Shown here: positions 1 through 9,101 of the stretch, piece by piece
Numbering within the stretch: the stretch's first letter is position 1
How the letters are laid out: each line of letters starts with the position of its first letter
Position numbers and translations under genes: made by a program
The notes under the pieces: model-generated
The model's input: the letters and a program-made list of their open reading frames with translations, nothing else
What the model was told of the DNA's origin: nothing
Database searches by the model: none
Source of the DNA: Thalassobaculaceae bacterium
GTDB taxonomy: Bacteria > Pseudomonadota > Alphaproteobacteria > Thalassobaculales > Thalassobaculaceae
Reading direction: 5' to 3'
DNA: 64,000 nt
Assembly (NCBI GenBank): GCA_965228875.1
Contig: OZ245843.1
Location: 4,694,616 to 4,758,615, forward strand

Positions 1-108
1 CTCTATTCTCTACTGCCTTAGAGGACGCTTCGCGGTTCAGACCGGTTTGATCTGAACCGATCGAGCTGTAGGCGCCCCGCCGCTGCGCCCGTCCGCGGTA
101 GCCGGCTG

Positions 109-1569
109 TTAGGCGGAGTTGTCGAGTTCAATGTAGAACCATTGGTTCGGGTCGGTCCGGTTCACGGCGGCGTCGAAGGTCCCGAGATTCATGGGGCTCT
201 TGTTGTAGGCCGTGCATCCCGGGTTCGACTTCAGAGCGGTCGCGATCTTCGTCGGATTGAGGACAAACTTGCTGGGTTCAGAGCCCACTTCTGCTCCTGT
301 AGAATAGGCTTGAAGATTGAAGGTTCCATTGGAGTTTAGGTACAGAAGGAATGTCGGCGGTGTTGTGTATCCCGTTTGATAATTATAAGCCTTTGAGGTG
401 TAGGCGTTAAAAAACATCAGAATTGAGTCAGATAAACTCGTATAGTATTTGGTTAGGATTCCAAGATATGTGGTCGAGTTGTCTGAATTGCCGTTTGTAT
501 TTCCTACCAGGGCAAACGGGACCTGTGTGTCCTGTCCAACAGTTGAGAGATCAACTGTTGGCACCAGGAACAATCTCAGCGAAGAGTATTCTGGTTGGCT
601 GAACGTGACGGGAAAATAAAACTGCGGATTGGCGCTCGAAAATTGTTTATCAAGTTGTTTTGATGTTGTGTCTGTGCCCGTTAGGTATTTCCCAGGCAAA
701 TTGTATGCGCCCATACGCACTGGAATTCCATGCCTTCCATAGGTTGGAAGATCGACGGAAACCGCCATATCGCCCTTCTTACCGAGAGCCTGAACGATCG
801 ACTGAGCCCCGGGAGTGACGTACTGGGTAAATGACGACACCAGATTGTCAAAAAACGTGTTCGCGCCGGAAATGCTCTGTTGAATATCGGCGCAGGAAAA
901 CACCGGCGGAAACTGAGTCCCGATGCAGGCACCAAGAGCGTTGTTGGTGATCTCCACCCTGTTCTCGTTGACCGAGGACAGCCAGTTGAGGGTTGCAATT
1001 CCTTTCTGAATTACCGTCGCGTACCCAACTGCGGTTGTCATCATGACCGAGTAGAATGACAGAAACTCCTTGTCCTGATTTATGGAGGCGCATTTTTCGA
1101 TAATCGGTACTTCTGTCGCGCTGCCGACAACGAGATATTGGTTCAGCTGCGCCAACAGGTTGAAGACATTGTTCACCCCGTTCGCCATCGGGCCTGCCCG
1201 CTCCAAAACGGTGAGCGCGAATTCCTGCACGTCTTCCTGCGTCTTCATCGGCGTCTGGGCGAGGTTCTGGATGCTCTCGAAGTAGGCGTTGATCTGGGCG
1301 CAGACCGGCACCGCCGCCGCCGCGTCGATCTCGAAGCCCAGCGTTGTCAGGTCGTCGAGGATGGTCTGCATGTTCTTGTCGATCTCGGACAATTCGTCCT
1401 GGACCTTTTGAAGCGCCGAGATGATTGTCGAGAGATCCTTGCTGAGTTCGGATGACCCTGCCCCGCCCGACCCGAAGAGCGCGGCATAGGCGGTATTGAG
1501 ACCGGCGATCCCGAGTTGCTGGTCCGCATTGGCAAGGGCGATCGTCACGACGGTGTTCCAGGCACTCAT
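109..1569 (-). CDS. Hypothetical protein, about 486 aa: N-terminal amphipathic/coiled-coil helical region plus beta-rich C-terminal region (toxin-like architecture)
   Basis: The ORF 109..1623 has normal globular composition, unlike shadow ORFs. GGAG lies 6 nt before the ATG at 1569 (MSAWN), the likely start. Heptad-like stretch LSKDLSTIISALQKVQDELSEIDKNMQTILDDL. The C-terminus ends PNQWFYIE. Confidence 0.75.
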   Translation of the reverse strand: MSAWNTVVTIALANADQQLGIAGLNTAYAALFGSGGAGSSELSKDLSTIISALQKVQDELSEIDKNMQTILDDLTTLGFEIDAAAAVPVCAQINAYFESIQNLAQTPMKTQEDVQEFALTVLERAGPMANGVNNVFNLLAQLNQYLVVGSATEVPIIEKCASINQDKEFLSFYSVMMTTAVGYATVIQKGIATLNWLSSVNENRVEITNNALGACIGTQFPPVFSCADIQQSISGANTFFDNLVSSFTQYVTPGAQSIVQALGKKGDMAVSVDLPTYGRHGIPVRMGAYNLPGKYLTGTDTTSKQLDKQFSSANPQFYFPVTFSQPEYSSLRLFLVPTVDLSTVGQDTQVPFALVGNTNGNSDNSTTYLGILTKYYTSLSDSILMFFNAYTSKAYNYQTGYTTPPTFLLYLNSNGTFNLQAYSTGAEVGSEPSKFVLNPTKIATALKSNPGCTAYNKSPMNLGTFDAAVNRTDPNQWFYIELDNSA

Positions 1570-1942
1570 GATCGACTCCGCATTGAGCATCCATAGGTTT
1601 TTCGAAAAGTATTCCCAAACCATTCATGAATGCACCCCTAAAGATCGACGGGAGGGCGTCTTCCTTCCGCGCCCGGGTGTCGATTTCCTGTCAAAGTTGA
1701 CGAAATTCCAGGCTTCATTAATCATGGGAATAGGACGTGTGAGGGCGTGGCAAAAAGCCTGCGGACCAGAAAACCCGGTGTGTCGAGCATGAAAGGCGAG
1801 ACGGGGTCGGGATGACGCCGGCGGCGCGGAGGCCGCCGCTCAACTGTTCACCACGGTGTTCTGCCAATCGACCGTTCCTCGCGCTCCGGCGACGGGTGCG
1901 CCCGACCCGGGTGGCCCGGATCATTGGATGGGAGAAACGCCG

Positions 1943-3724
1943 ATGACCTACAGATCACCGTCCCTCAGTTCTTCTGCACAACGCTCCGCTCCGGTCTGGC
2001 CGGGGAGGATACGGATCGGCCGCCTGGCCCGTTCGGCGGCGCTCGCTCTCGGCCTGGCCGGCTTCGCGACGCCGGCTGGAGCCGACGTGATCTTCGGTCA
2101 GCTCCAGTCGACATTCACCAAGGACGGCACCGAGCACACCGTTTGCCTCGGCGTGTCCGGAACGCCGGTGGCCGGCGCCGACCTGATGGCGGTTTCGTGC
2201 GATGCGCCCGCTCCCGTGTGGTCGGTCAAAGACTGGTCGTCATCCGGTGTCTTCAAGATCGCGTACGGACCCCACGGCGATACGCGGACGGCGAACTCCT
2301 CGATCTGTCTCGACGTCGATACGGCGCACCCGACGACCTACGAGGAGGCGGGGCTGTATTTCTGCCATCCGAGCGCCAGCCCGAACACGGACTGGACCTG
2401 GGCGGCCCAAGCCGGCCGGACCCGGCCGAATCAGACCGTCATTCTCCGGACGAACGGCAAATGCCTGGTCCCCGACGTCGTTGGCACCGAACTCAACGTC
2501 GGACCCTGCTCCGGCGCCAGCCCCTGGGTGATGCTGGCCGCACCGACTCTGGAACCCGTCGACGGAACGATCGAGCACACGCGGACGGACGGAACCAAGG
2601 TATGCCTTGACGTCAACGGGCCGCCGGCGGCCGGTGTGCGGGTGATCGCCGGAAACTGCACCGCAGGAGAACCTTGGCACGTCAAGACCTGGGCACCGTC
2701 GTCTCCCCTGACCAGGATCGGGTACGGTCGGGCCGCCGACAATAGCGGAATCTGCCTCGCGGACAACTCGGCCCGCCCCGGCCGGGGCGATTTCCTGACC
2801 CTGCAGGACTGCGACGACATCACCAACCTAGAGGGGCTGTTCAACTGGGAGGCCGTCGGTTCGAGGGCGGACCGTCCGAACCGGGAAATCCTGCAGCCGG
2901 CGGCGAATGCCTGCGTCGTTCCGATCGAGGAGGGCGAGGACGCCGTCGTCCAGGCCTGCAACGAACAGACCCAGAGATGGACGCTGGGACCGCTTCCGAG
3001 GATAGACGAACCGGAGGGACAGATCCTCAGGAGCAGTGGCACGTTCACGGCCCCGGAGACGGCGACCTATCGCGTGCTGGCAATCGGCGGTGGCGGCGGT
3101 GGCGGCTACGACGAGGGTGCTGGTGGAGGATCGGGATCCGTGACCTATGGCGACGTGCACCTCGACACCGGTGAGGAGGTGACGGTCACCATCGGTGCGG
3201 GTGGCTATGCCGGTACGTCGACCGCCGGCAAGCAGGACGGGGGCGACGGCGCGGCGACCACATTCGGCAGCCATCTGACCGCCAGCGGCGGCGAGGGCGG
3301 CGCGCAGAACAACGGACCCGGCGGAGATGGCGGCTCCGGCGGCGGCGGCGATCCGGGGGATGGCGGCTCGGACGGCAGCGCGGGAGGCCGCGGTGGCGAC
3401 ACGTCCGGCGGTTCCGGTCAGGGCGCGGCGTTCGCCGACAAGTTCTGCCGGATCCTGAAGTTCGATCTGACGGCGGGCGTCGGCGGGGCTTCGGGAGGCG
3501 GCAACGGCCAGGGCGGCGGCGGTGGCGGTGGTCTTCAGGTCGGAAGCGAGACCACGGCCGGTGCTGGAAACGCCGCTGGATCGGCCGCCGGAGGAACAGG
3601 CTATGGCGGCGGCGGTGCCGGCGGATCCGGTTTCTCGGGTCCTGCCAACCGCGCCGGGGGCGCCGGTGCCGCCGGTCTGCTGATCGTGGAGTGGGGCGGC
3701 GAGCCGCCCTCCCACTGCAACTGA
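1943..3724 (+). CDS. Secreted protein with two tandem ricin-B-type beta-trefoil repeats and a C-terminal glycine-rich domain
   Basis: GGAG RBS at 1931 and ATG at 1943. Signal-peptide-like RLARSAALALGLAGFATPAGA-D. Two repeats of about 145 aa, each with 6 Cys and CLxV...C...W subdomains (NEQTQRW). The C-terminal part SGTFTAP...VLAIGGGGGGG...VTVTIGAGG...GAGAAGLLIVEW is the typical glycine-rich domain pattern. Confidence 0.85.
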   Translation: MTYRSPSLSSSAQRSAPVWPGRIRIGRLARSAALALGLAGFATPAGADVIFGQLQSTFTKDGTEHTVCLGVSGTPVAGADLMAVSCDAPAPVWSVKDWSSSGVFKIAYGPHGDTRTANSSICLDVDTAHPTTYEEAGLYFCHPSASPNTDWTWAAQAGRTRPNQTVILRTNGKCLVPDVVGTELNVGPCSGASPWVMLAAPTLEPVDGTIEHTRTDGTKVCLDVNGPPAAGVRVIAGNCTAGEPWHVKTWAPSSPLTRIGYGRAADNSGICLADNSARPGRGDFLTLQDCDDITNLEGLFNWEAVGSRADRPNREILQPAANACVVPIEEGEDAVVQACNEQTQRWTLGPLPRIDEPEGQILRSSGTFTAPETATYRVLAIGGGGGGGYDEGAGGGSGSVTYGDVHLDTGEEVTVTIGAGGYAGTSTAGKQDGGDGAATTFGSHLTASGGEGGAQNNGPGGDGGSGGGGDPGDGGSDGSAGGRGGDTSGGSGQGAAFADKFCRILKFDLTAGVGGASGGGNGQGGGGGGGLQVGSETTAGAGNAAGSAAGGTGYGGGGAGGSGFSGPANRAGGAGAAGLLIVEWGGEPPSHCN

Positions 3725-3773
3725 TCTGAACACGGCGTCGATTGACGCATCTGAGAACGGCGTCGATTGACGC
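3724..3773. repeat. 25-bp tandem direct repeat, 2 copies
   Basis: atctgaacacggcgtcgattgacgc followed by atctgagaacggcgtcgattgacgc, 23/25 identical. Confidence 0.9.
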
Positions 3774-3795
3774 GGGCGCGCGGGAGCACTAGCTT
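3767..3795 (+). promoter_or_regulatory. Putative sigma70 promoter of lysS
   Basis: TTGACG-17 nt-TAGCTT upstream of the AAGGAG RBS and ATG 3834. Confidence 0.6.
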
Positions 3796-3833
3796 CCGCG
3801 CGCTTTTCACCATGCTCTGAAGGAGCCCGAGCA

Positions 3834-5429
3834 ATGTCCGCCGACCCGTTGAACGCCCTCGCCACGAACGCCCGCGCCTGGCCGTTCGAGGAGGCGCGCA
3901 AACTGGTCGAGCGGTACAAGGACGGGCCGCCGAAAAAGGGCTATGTGCTGCTGGAGACCGGCTACGGGCCGTCCGGCCTGCCGCATATCGGCACTTTCGG
4001 CGAGGTCGCCCGCACCACCATGGTGCGCCGCGCCTTCGAGATGATGAGCGACATCCCGACCAGGCTCGTCGCCTTCTCCGACGACATGGACGGGCTGCGC
4101 AAGGTGCCGACCAACATCCCCAATCAGGAGGCGATGGTCCCGCACCTGAACAAGCCGCTGACCCGCGTGCCGGATCCGTTCGGGACCCACGAGAGCTTCG
4201 GCCATCACAACAACGCCCGCCTGCGCGGCTTCCTCGACAGCTTCGGCTTCGAGTACGACTTCTACTCGGCGACCGAGTGCTACACCTCGGGCCTGTTCGA
4301 CGACGCCCTTCTGGCGGTGCTGCGGAATTACGACGCCGTGACCAACGTGGTGCTGCCGACCCTCGGCCCGGAGCGCCGCGCCACCTACTCGCCGTTCCTG
4401 CCGGTCTGCCCGCGCACCGGCCACGTGCTGCAGGTGCCGATCGTCGACCGCGACGTCGAGGCCGGGACCGTCTCCTACGACGATCCGGAGACCGGCGAGC
4501 GGATGACCACCAGGGTCACCGGCGGCGCCTGCAAGCTGCAGTGGAAGTGCGACTGGGCGATGCGCTGGTACGCGCTGGGCGTCGACTACGAGATGGCCGG
4601 CAAGGACCTGATCGACTCGGTCAAGCTGTCTTCGCAGATCACCAGGATCCTGGGTCGGCCGGCGCCGGAGGGCTTCAACTACGAGCTGTTCCTCGACGCC
4701 GACGGACAGAAGATCTCCAAGTCCAAGGGCAACGGCCTGTCGGTCGAGGAGTGGCTGACCTACGGCCCGCCGGAGAGCCTGGCGCTGTTCATGTACCAGC
4801 AGCCGCGCCGGGCCAAGCGGCTGTATTTCGACGTCATTCCGAAGACCGTCGACGACTACCTCACCTTCCTCTCCAAGTTCCCGGACGAGGAGACCGAGAA
4901 GCGGATCGAGAACCCGGTCTGGCACATCCATCACGGCCAGCCGCCGGCGCCGGAAAGCTCCGGTCTGTCCTTCTCGCTGCTGCTGAATCTGGCCAGCGTC
5001 TGCCACGCCGAGGACAAGTCCGTCGTCTGGGGCTATGTCAGCCGCTACGCCCCGGACGCGAGCCCGGAGGCCAATCCGCTGCTCGACACCTTGGTCGGCT
5101 ACGCCGTGCGCTACTACCAGGACTTCGTGCGGCCGGCTAAGCAGTACCGCGCGCCGACGGAGGTGGAGCGCGCGGCGCTGGAGCAGCTCAAGGGCGTGCT
5201 CAAGGAACTGCCCGCCGGGGCGTCGGCCGAGGACATCCAGACCCAGGTCTACGAGGTCGGCAAGCAGCACCCGTTCGAGAACCTGCGCGACTGGTTCAAG
5301 GCGCTCTACGAGATCCTGCTCGGCCAGTCCCAGGGCCCGCGCTTCGGCTCGTTCATCGCGCTCTACGGCGTGGACGAGAGCGTTGCGCTCATGGACAAGG
5401 CGCTGAACGGCGAGGACCTGGCAGCGTAA
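3834..5429 (+). CDS. lysS: Lysine--tRNA ligase, class I
   Basis: [17 protein letters not shown] (HIGH-like), KISKSKGN (KMSKS-like) and C-terminal GPRFGSF. Confidence 0.97.
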   Translation: MSADPLNALATNARAWPFEEARKLVERYKDGPPKKGYVLLETGYGPSGLPHIGTFGEVARTTMVRRAFEMMSDIPTRLVAFSDDMDGLRKVPTNIPNQEAMVPHLNKPLTRVPDPFGTHESFGHHNNARLRGFLDSFGFEYDFYSATECYTSGLFDDALLAVLRNYDAVTNVVLPTLGPERRATYSPFLPVCPRTGHVLQVPIVDRDVEAGTVSYDDPETGERMTTRVTGGACKLQWKCDWAMRWYALGVDYEMAGKDLIDSVKLSSQITRILGRPAPEGFNYELFLDADGQKISKSKGNGLSVEEWLTYGPPESLALFMYQQPRRAKRLYFDVIPKTVDDYLTFLSKFPDEETEKRIENPVWHIHHGQPPAPESSGLSFSLLLNLASVCHAEDKSVVWGYVSRYAPDASPEANPLLDTLVGYAVRYYQDFVRPAKQYRAPTEVERAALEQLKGVLKELPAGASAEDIQTQVYEVGKQHPFENLRDWFKALYEILLGQSQGPRFGSFIALYGVDESVALMDKALNGEDLAA

Positions 5430-5442
5430 GTGGTACAAGCAA

Positions 5443-5464
5443 ATGCGTCGTATAGTCGACGCAT
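5443..5464. terminator. Hairpin between convergent lysS and ATPase genes
   Basis: atgcgtcg-tatagt-cgacgcat, a perfect 8-bp stem with no clear U-tract. Confidence 0.4.
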
Positions 5465-5527
5465 CTAATGGGGCGGCCTTGTAATAATCACCCAATCGAT
5501 GTGATTTCGGTTTGGGGATTTGTTCGG

Positions 5528-6991
5528 CTAAGCTTCAGCGTCTGGCACAGCCACATCGTAGAAACTACCCGCTGATACATCAGGTTGAAGCGCCCATCTA
5601 TAGGCAGGATGGATTTCCCATTCATATCCGTGGTCTATATTTTTTGAAAATAGGTACTGATTTTCTTCAAAATAAAATCGTTGAACATATCCATCTTCTA
5701 GCGTTTTTCTTGCCTGCAAAAAGTTAATCTTATACAAAAACCAGGCAATTTCTTCTGGTGTTGCAGGGCTCTTGGATCCGCTTAGGTAAAATTTAAGACC
5801 AGAAGTGCTGTTTTTGATTTTTTCAATTAATTCCTGTCTATTAAATACAAATTGAGTTCCTTTTTTTCTTTGTCCTCTGTTTGGGCGCATTTTCTCAATA
5901 AGGGTTTGTATTTCGGGTAGTTCAATTTGATATTCAATAAAAGTATCTTGAAGTCGACCTAGACTGTAATTCTCGAAAACAGACGTGAAGTCACCTGTTT
6001 GAATCTGTTGATGTCCTTGTGTTTTGGCGACCTTTGCAGCTAGCGAGCACAGTTTCACTAGGTCTCTAGGCCTCTTTCTGATCATGGATGTCAATACTTG
6101 ATTTATAGATACATTTGACCATTTCCCCATGCCTTGAAATGTATCTACCATCGCAGGTTCTAAGAGTTTACAAAGATCTTTTTGATACCAATTGAGGTAT
6201 TTTCCTTCTTCCCAATCGTTTCCGAGAAATGTCTGAACTCGCTTTGCCAACAATAGAATTATGTCGTGGTTAGTCCAGGACAGCCAAACAATACTAGTTT
6301 CGAATTTATCTGTACTCTCATCAGATGTCCTTAACAGATGAAAAACTGACGGTCGAATTGATAATTTGACTTGTAGCCCTCGATTTTCACTGACCAAATC
6401 TCTAATTGCATTTATCATTGCAGAAAGTGATGCTATATTCTGTTCGGATCCCTTCCACCCCCTATCTAAATCATCTATGTATACGCGAATTTTGCTTTTT
6501 GTAGTATAGTTTTGTATTACCCCCCGTTTTGAGGGGGAAAGTCTTGATCCATCAACTTTCTCTAGCATTCGAGTAACGGATGATATTATCTGATTTCTTA
6601 TAAATCCCAGTCCATTCTTTTCGATAACTTCAGGAGAAAACTTCTCGGCTACTTTTTCAAAAATAACATCTTGAAGGTTATTTTTCCAAAGGGCGATCTG
6701 AGAAAGAAAATTCTCCTCATTGTTTTGAAGAAGATGTTCAATATCAGAAGGGTTTACCTTAACGCACAAAAATCCATCGCGATCATCAAGCCGCATGGCG
6801 TGGTTTACAAAAGCACTTTTTCCAGATCCTTTATGTCCTATAAGAATTCTTAAAGGAAGATCTGCATAAAAACTTTGAAATTTTTCTATAGATACAAAAT
6901 ATTGATCAAGTCGTTCAGGGTCTTCACTTTCGGCCGCCTCTTCTCCAAAGAGTTTCATAATGTTTTCATCTGTGAAAATCGGCATATTCAT
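5528..6991 (-). CDS. P-loop ATPase, Sll1717-like family, AT-rich and probably horizontally acquired
   Basis: N-terminal FGEEAAESE, Walker A GHKGSGKS, Walker B VYIDDLD, then RPRDL and C-terminal IHPAYRWAL. AGGAG RBS. Markedly lower GC than the flanks. Confidence 0.85.
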   Translation of the reverse strand: MNMPIFTDENIMKLFGEEAAESEDPERLDQYFVSIEKFQSFYADLPLRILIGHKGSGKSAFVNHAMRLDDRDGFLCVKVNPSDIEHLLQNNEENFLSQIALWKNNLQDVIFEKVAEKFSPEVIEKNGLGFIRNQIISSVTRMLEKVDGSRLSPSKRGVIQNYTTKSKIRVYIDDLDRGWKGSEQNIASLSAMINAIRDLVSENRGLQVKLSIRPSVFHLLRTSDESTDKFETSIVWLSWTNHDIILLLAKRVQTFLGNDWEEGKYLNWYQKDLCKLLEPAMVDTFQGMGKWSNVSINQVLTSMIRKRPRDLVKLCSLAAKVAKTQGHQQIQTGDFTSVFENYSLGRLQDTFIEYQIELPEIQTLIEKMRPNRGQRKKGTQFVFNRQELIEKIKNSTSGLKFYLSGSKSPATPEEIAWFLYKINFLQARKTLEDGYVQRFYFEENQYLFSKNIDHGYEWEIHPAYRWALQPDVSAGSFYDVAVPDAEA

Positions 6992-7026
6992 TCACTCCTG
7001 GCCCTTAGGCGAATGCCACTTTATCT

Positions 7027-7055
7027 AAAATAGCTCCTTAGAAATGCTTAGTCAA
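7027..7055 (-). promoter_or_regulatory. Putative sigma70 promoter of the ATPase gene
   Basis: Minus strand TTGACT-17 nt-TATTTT, about 35 nt upstream of the start codon. Confidence 0.55.
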
Positions 7056-7103
7056 TTATGTGTTGAGGTGGGTTAGTTTGAATTTCGGTAAGAGTTGATA
7101 CTA

Positions 7104-7409
7104 TCACCAGCAGCGCGAATCCTGCGTCGCCTTTCCCTGCGGGCAGAGGATCGGCTGGCTGCGTTCGAGCTTGCGGTCCTCGGCCCGGCGGGTGATGCCG
7201 GCGTCGATGCAGCGGGTGAGGCCGCGGCGGGCCGCCTCTGCGTCCCAGGTCTCGGGGATCCGGCCCTTGTAGGCGAAGGTGGCGAGGTAGTCGCAGACCC
7301 TGTCGTCCGACAGGGCGGCGATCTCCTCCGGCGGCATCGTGCGGGCGGTCTCCAGCCCGGCGCAGGCGGTGAGGGCGAGGATCAGGGCGATCGGCAGGAC
7401 GCGGATCAT
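7104..7409 (-). CDS. Small putative lipoprotein, 101 aa
   Basis: MIRVLPIALILALTA-C lipobox, four further Cys, and an ATGA overlap with the upstream gene's stop. Confidence 0.75.
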   Translation of the reverse strand: MIRVLPIALILALTACAGLETARTMPPEEIAALSDDRVCDYLATFAYKGRIPETWDAEAARRGLTRCIDAGITRRAEDRKLERSQPILCPQGKATQDSRCW

Positions 7410-8086
7410 GCGTGACCTTCCAGGCTGCGGGTGTCGGGCGCGGCGTCGGGATCGACGGCGCGCAGCAGATAGCCGTCCATGATCGCGTTCCATCGGGTCC
7501 AGGCTTCGCGCAGGTCGGCCACCGGGGTCGCCGAGTTGTCGACCCTCAGATCGACCGTGGCGAAGGCATAGCCGGGATCGCAGACCACGACCGCCGCCGA
7601 CTGCAGCGGGTCGAGTTCGCCGCCGGCCGCCTCGCCGGCCTCGATGCCCTGGATCAACCGGTCGGCGAGATCGGCCATCGGATCGGTCTCGAAGCCGGCG
7701 GCGATGGCGGCGATCACCGCCTCGCTCTGCACCCAGTTTCCGATCACGAGGCCGTCGGCCAGGACCATCCCGTCGGCCGGCTGGGCGACGCTGCTGCCGG
7801 TGAAGACGGCGGCGTTTCCCTCGGCGGTCAACACGCCCAGTTGCCGCCAGGCGCTGTGCGGCGTCGCGGCGGCGAGCGAGGCGATCGTCTGGCCCGCCGT
7901 GCGGCCGGCCCGCAGCAGGTCGAGGCCGAGCGGGCCGAGGCGCGGGTCGGTCCGCGCCTGGGTCACGACGAGACCGAGGCCCGGCTCGGCATGGGGGCAG
8001 CGCCCGCCCGCGCCGATCGAGGAGGTGGCGAGCGCCGTACCGAACTGGCCGGTGCGCCGACAAAATCCGGCGACGGTGAAGGTCAT
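7406..8086 (-). CDS. DUF1028 family (Ntn-hydrolase-like) protein
   Basis: MTFTVAGFCRRTGQFGTALATSS...TQARTDPRLGPLGLDLL...DLRVD pattern, with AGGAG RBS. Confidence 0.88.
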   Translation of the reverse strand: MTFTVAGFCRRTGQFGTALATSSIGAGGRCPHAEPGLGLVVTQARTDPRLGPLGLDLLRAGRTAGQTIASLAAATPHSAWRQLGVLTAEGNAAVFTGSSVAQPADGMVLADGLVIGNWVQSEAVIAAIAAGFETDPMADLADRLIQGIEAGEAAGGELDPLQSAAVVVCDPGYAFATVDLRVDNSATPVADLREAWTRWNAIMDGYLLRAVDPDAAPDTRSLEGHA

Positions 8087-8127
8087 GACCGCTCCTGTGC
8101 GTTCGGGCGCGCGATTGTAAGAGGCGC

Positions 8128-8985
8128 TCAGGCGTCGCCGTGGGCGTAGGCCCAGTACATCTCCTTCGCCTTGGCGGCGACCGGCCCGGGTTGCAGATCC
8201 CGATCCTCGATGCGGTTGACCGGTTGGACCTTGCCGTGGTTGCCGGAGGAGAAGATTTCGTCCGCCGCCATCAGCTCGCCGACGGTGACGGTACGCTCGT
8301 GCACCTCGTAGCCGGCCTTGCGCAGCAGGGCGATCACACGCTGGCGCGTGATGCCGTTCAGGAAGGTGCCGTTCGGAGCCGGCGTGTGCACCACGCCGTC
8401 CTTGGCGTAGAACAGGTTCGCGGTGGCGAACTCGGCGACGTTGCCGATCGGATCGAGGATCACCGCGTTGCCGAAACCGGCATCGTTGGCGCTCTTCAGC
8501 GCCCGGCCGGCATTGGCGTAGAGGCAGGCGGCCTTGGCGTCGGTCGGCGCCATGTTCGGGGCCGGGCGGATCCTGTCCGAGACCGTGACGCTGAACCCGC
8601 TCCAGTCCGGCAGCGGGCTCTCGAAGATATTGAGGGCGAAGCGCGTGGTGTCGGGATCCGGGTAGATCCAGCCGCCATCGGCCCAGAACATCGGCTTGAT
8701 GTAGAGCGGCGTGTCGCCGGAGAACTTCGCCACGCCCTCCCTCACCAACTCGACCATCTCGCCGGGAGCGATCTTCGGCTCCAGCAGCATCTTGCGGGCG
8801 CTCTCGCAGGCCCGGGCGCAGTGCAGTTCGATGTCCGGGATCACGCCTTCGAACGCCCGCGCGCCGTCGAACACCAGGCTGCCGAGCCAGGTCGATTGGG
8901 TCATCGGGCCGAGAAGGGCGGGGTTGCCGTCGTGCCAGCTCTTGTCCTGATCGACGAACGTGAAGGCCTGCGGAGGCGTGGCCAT
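8128..8985 (-). CDS. Branched-chain amino acid aminotransferase (PLP class IV)
   Basis: [37 protein letters not shown] motifs. Confidence 0.92.
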   Translation of the reverse strand: MATPPQAFTFVDQDKSWHDGNPALLGPMTQSTWLGSLVFDGARAFEGVIPDIELHCARACESARKMLLEPKIAPGEMVELVREGVAKFSGDTPLYIKPMFWADGGWIYPDPDTTRFALNIFESPLPDWSGFSVTVSDRIRPAPNMAPTDAKAACLYANAGRALKSANDAGFGNAVILDPIGNVAEFATANLFYAKDGVVHTPAPNGTFLNGITRQRVIALLRKAGYEVHERTVTVGELMAADEIFSSGNHGKVQPVNRIEDRDLQPGPVAAKAKEMYWAYAHGDA

Positions 8986-9101
8986 GGGGAGGCTCCATCG
9001 GTGACATCCTGAACGGGCCGACCTTAGCCCGGCGGCAAAGGGCTTGCCAACGCGCCGTCGATGCTTGTGGCCCAACGGTGCAGGCACTACCGTCTCGCGC
9101 C

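Noticed and set aside
848..1627. 259-aa same-strand overlapping ORF with a well-spaced RBS-like motif
   Set aside because: Arg/Pro/Gly-rich off-frame composition that ends where GC drops. The 109..1569 frame is the protein-like one.
3050..3700. Gly-rich stretch as collagen, PE-PGRS or ice-nucleation repeat
   Set aside because: No Gly-X-Y periodicity, PE domain or octapeptide repeat. It fits a globular glycine-rich domain.
3834..5429. Class I (archaeal-type) LysRS as a sign of recent transfer
   Set aside because: Common in Alphaproteobacteria, and codon usage is host-like.
3807..5495. 562-aa antisense ORF over lysS
   Set aside because: Shadow ORF caused by high-GC codon bias.
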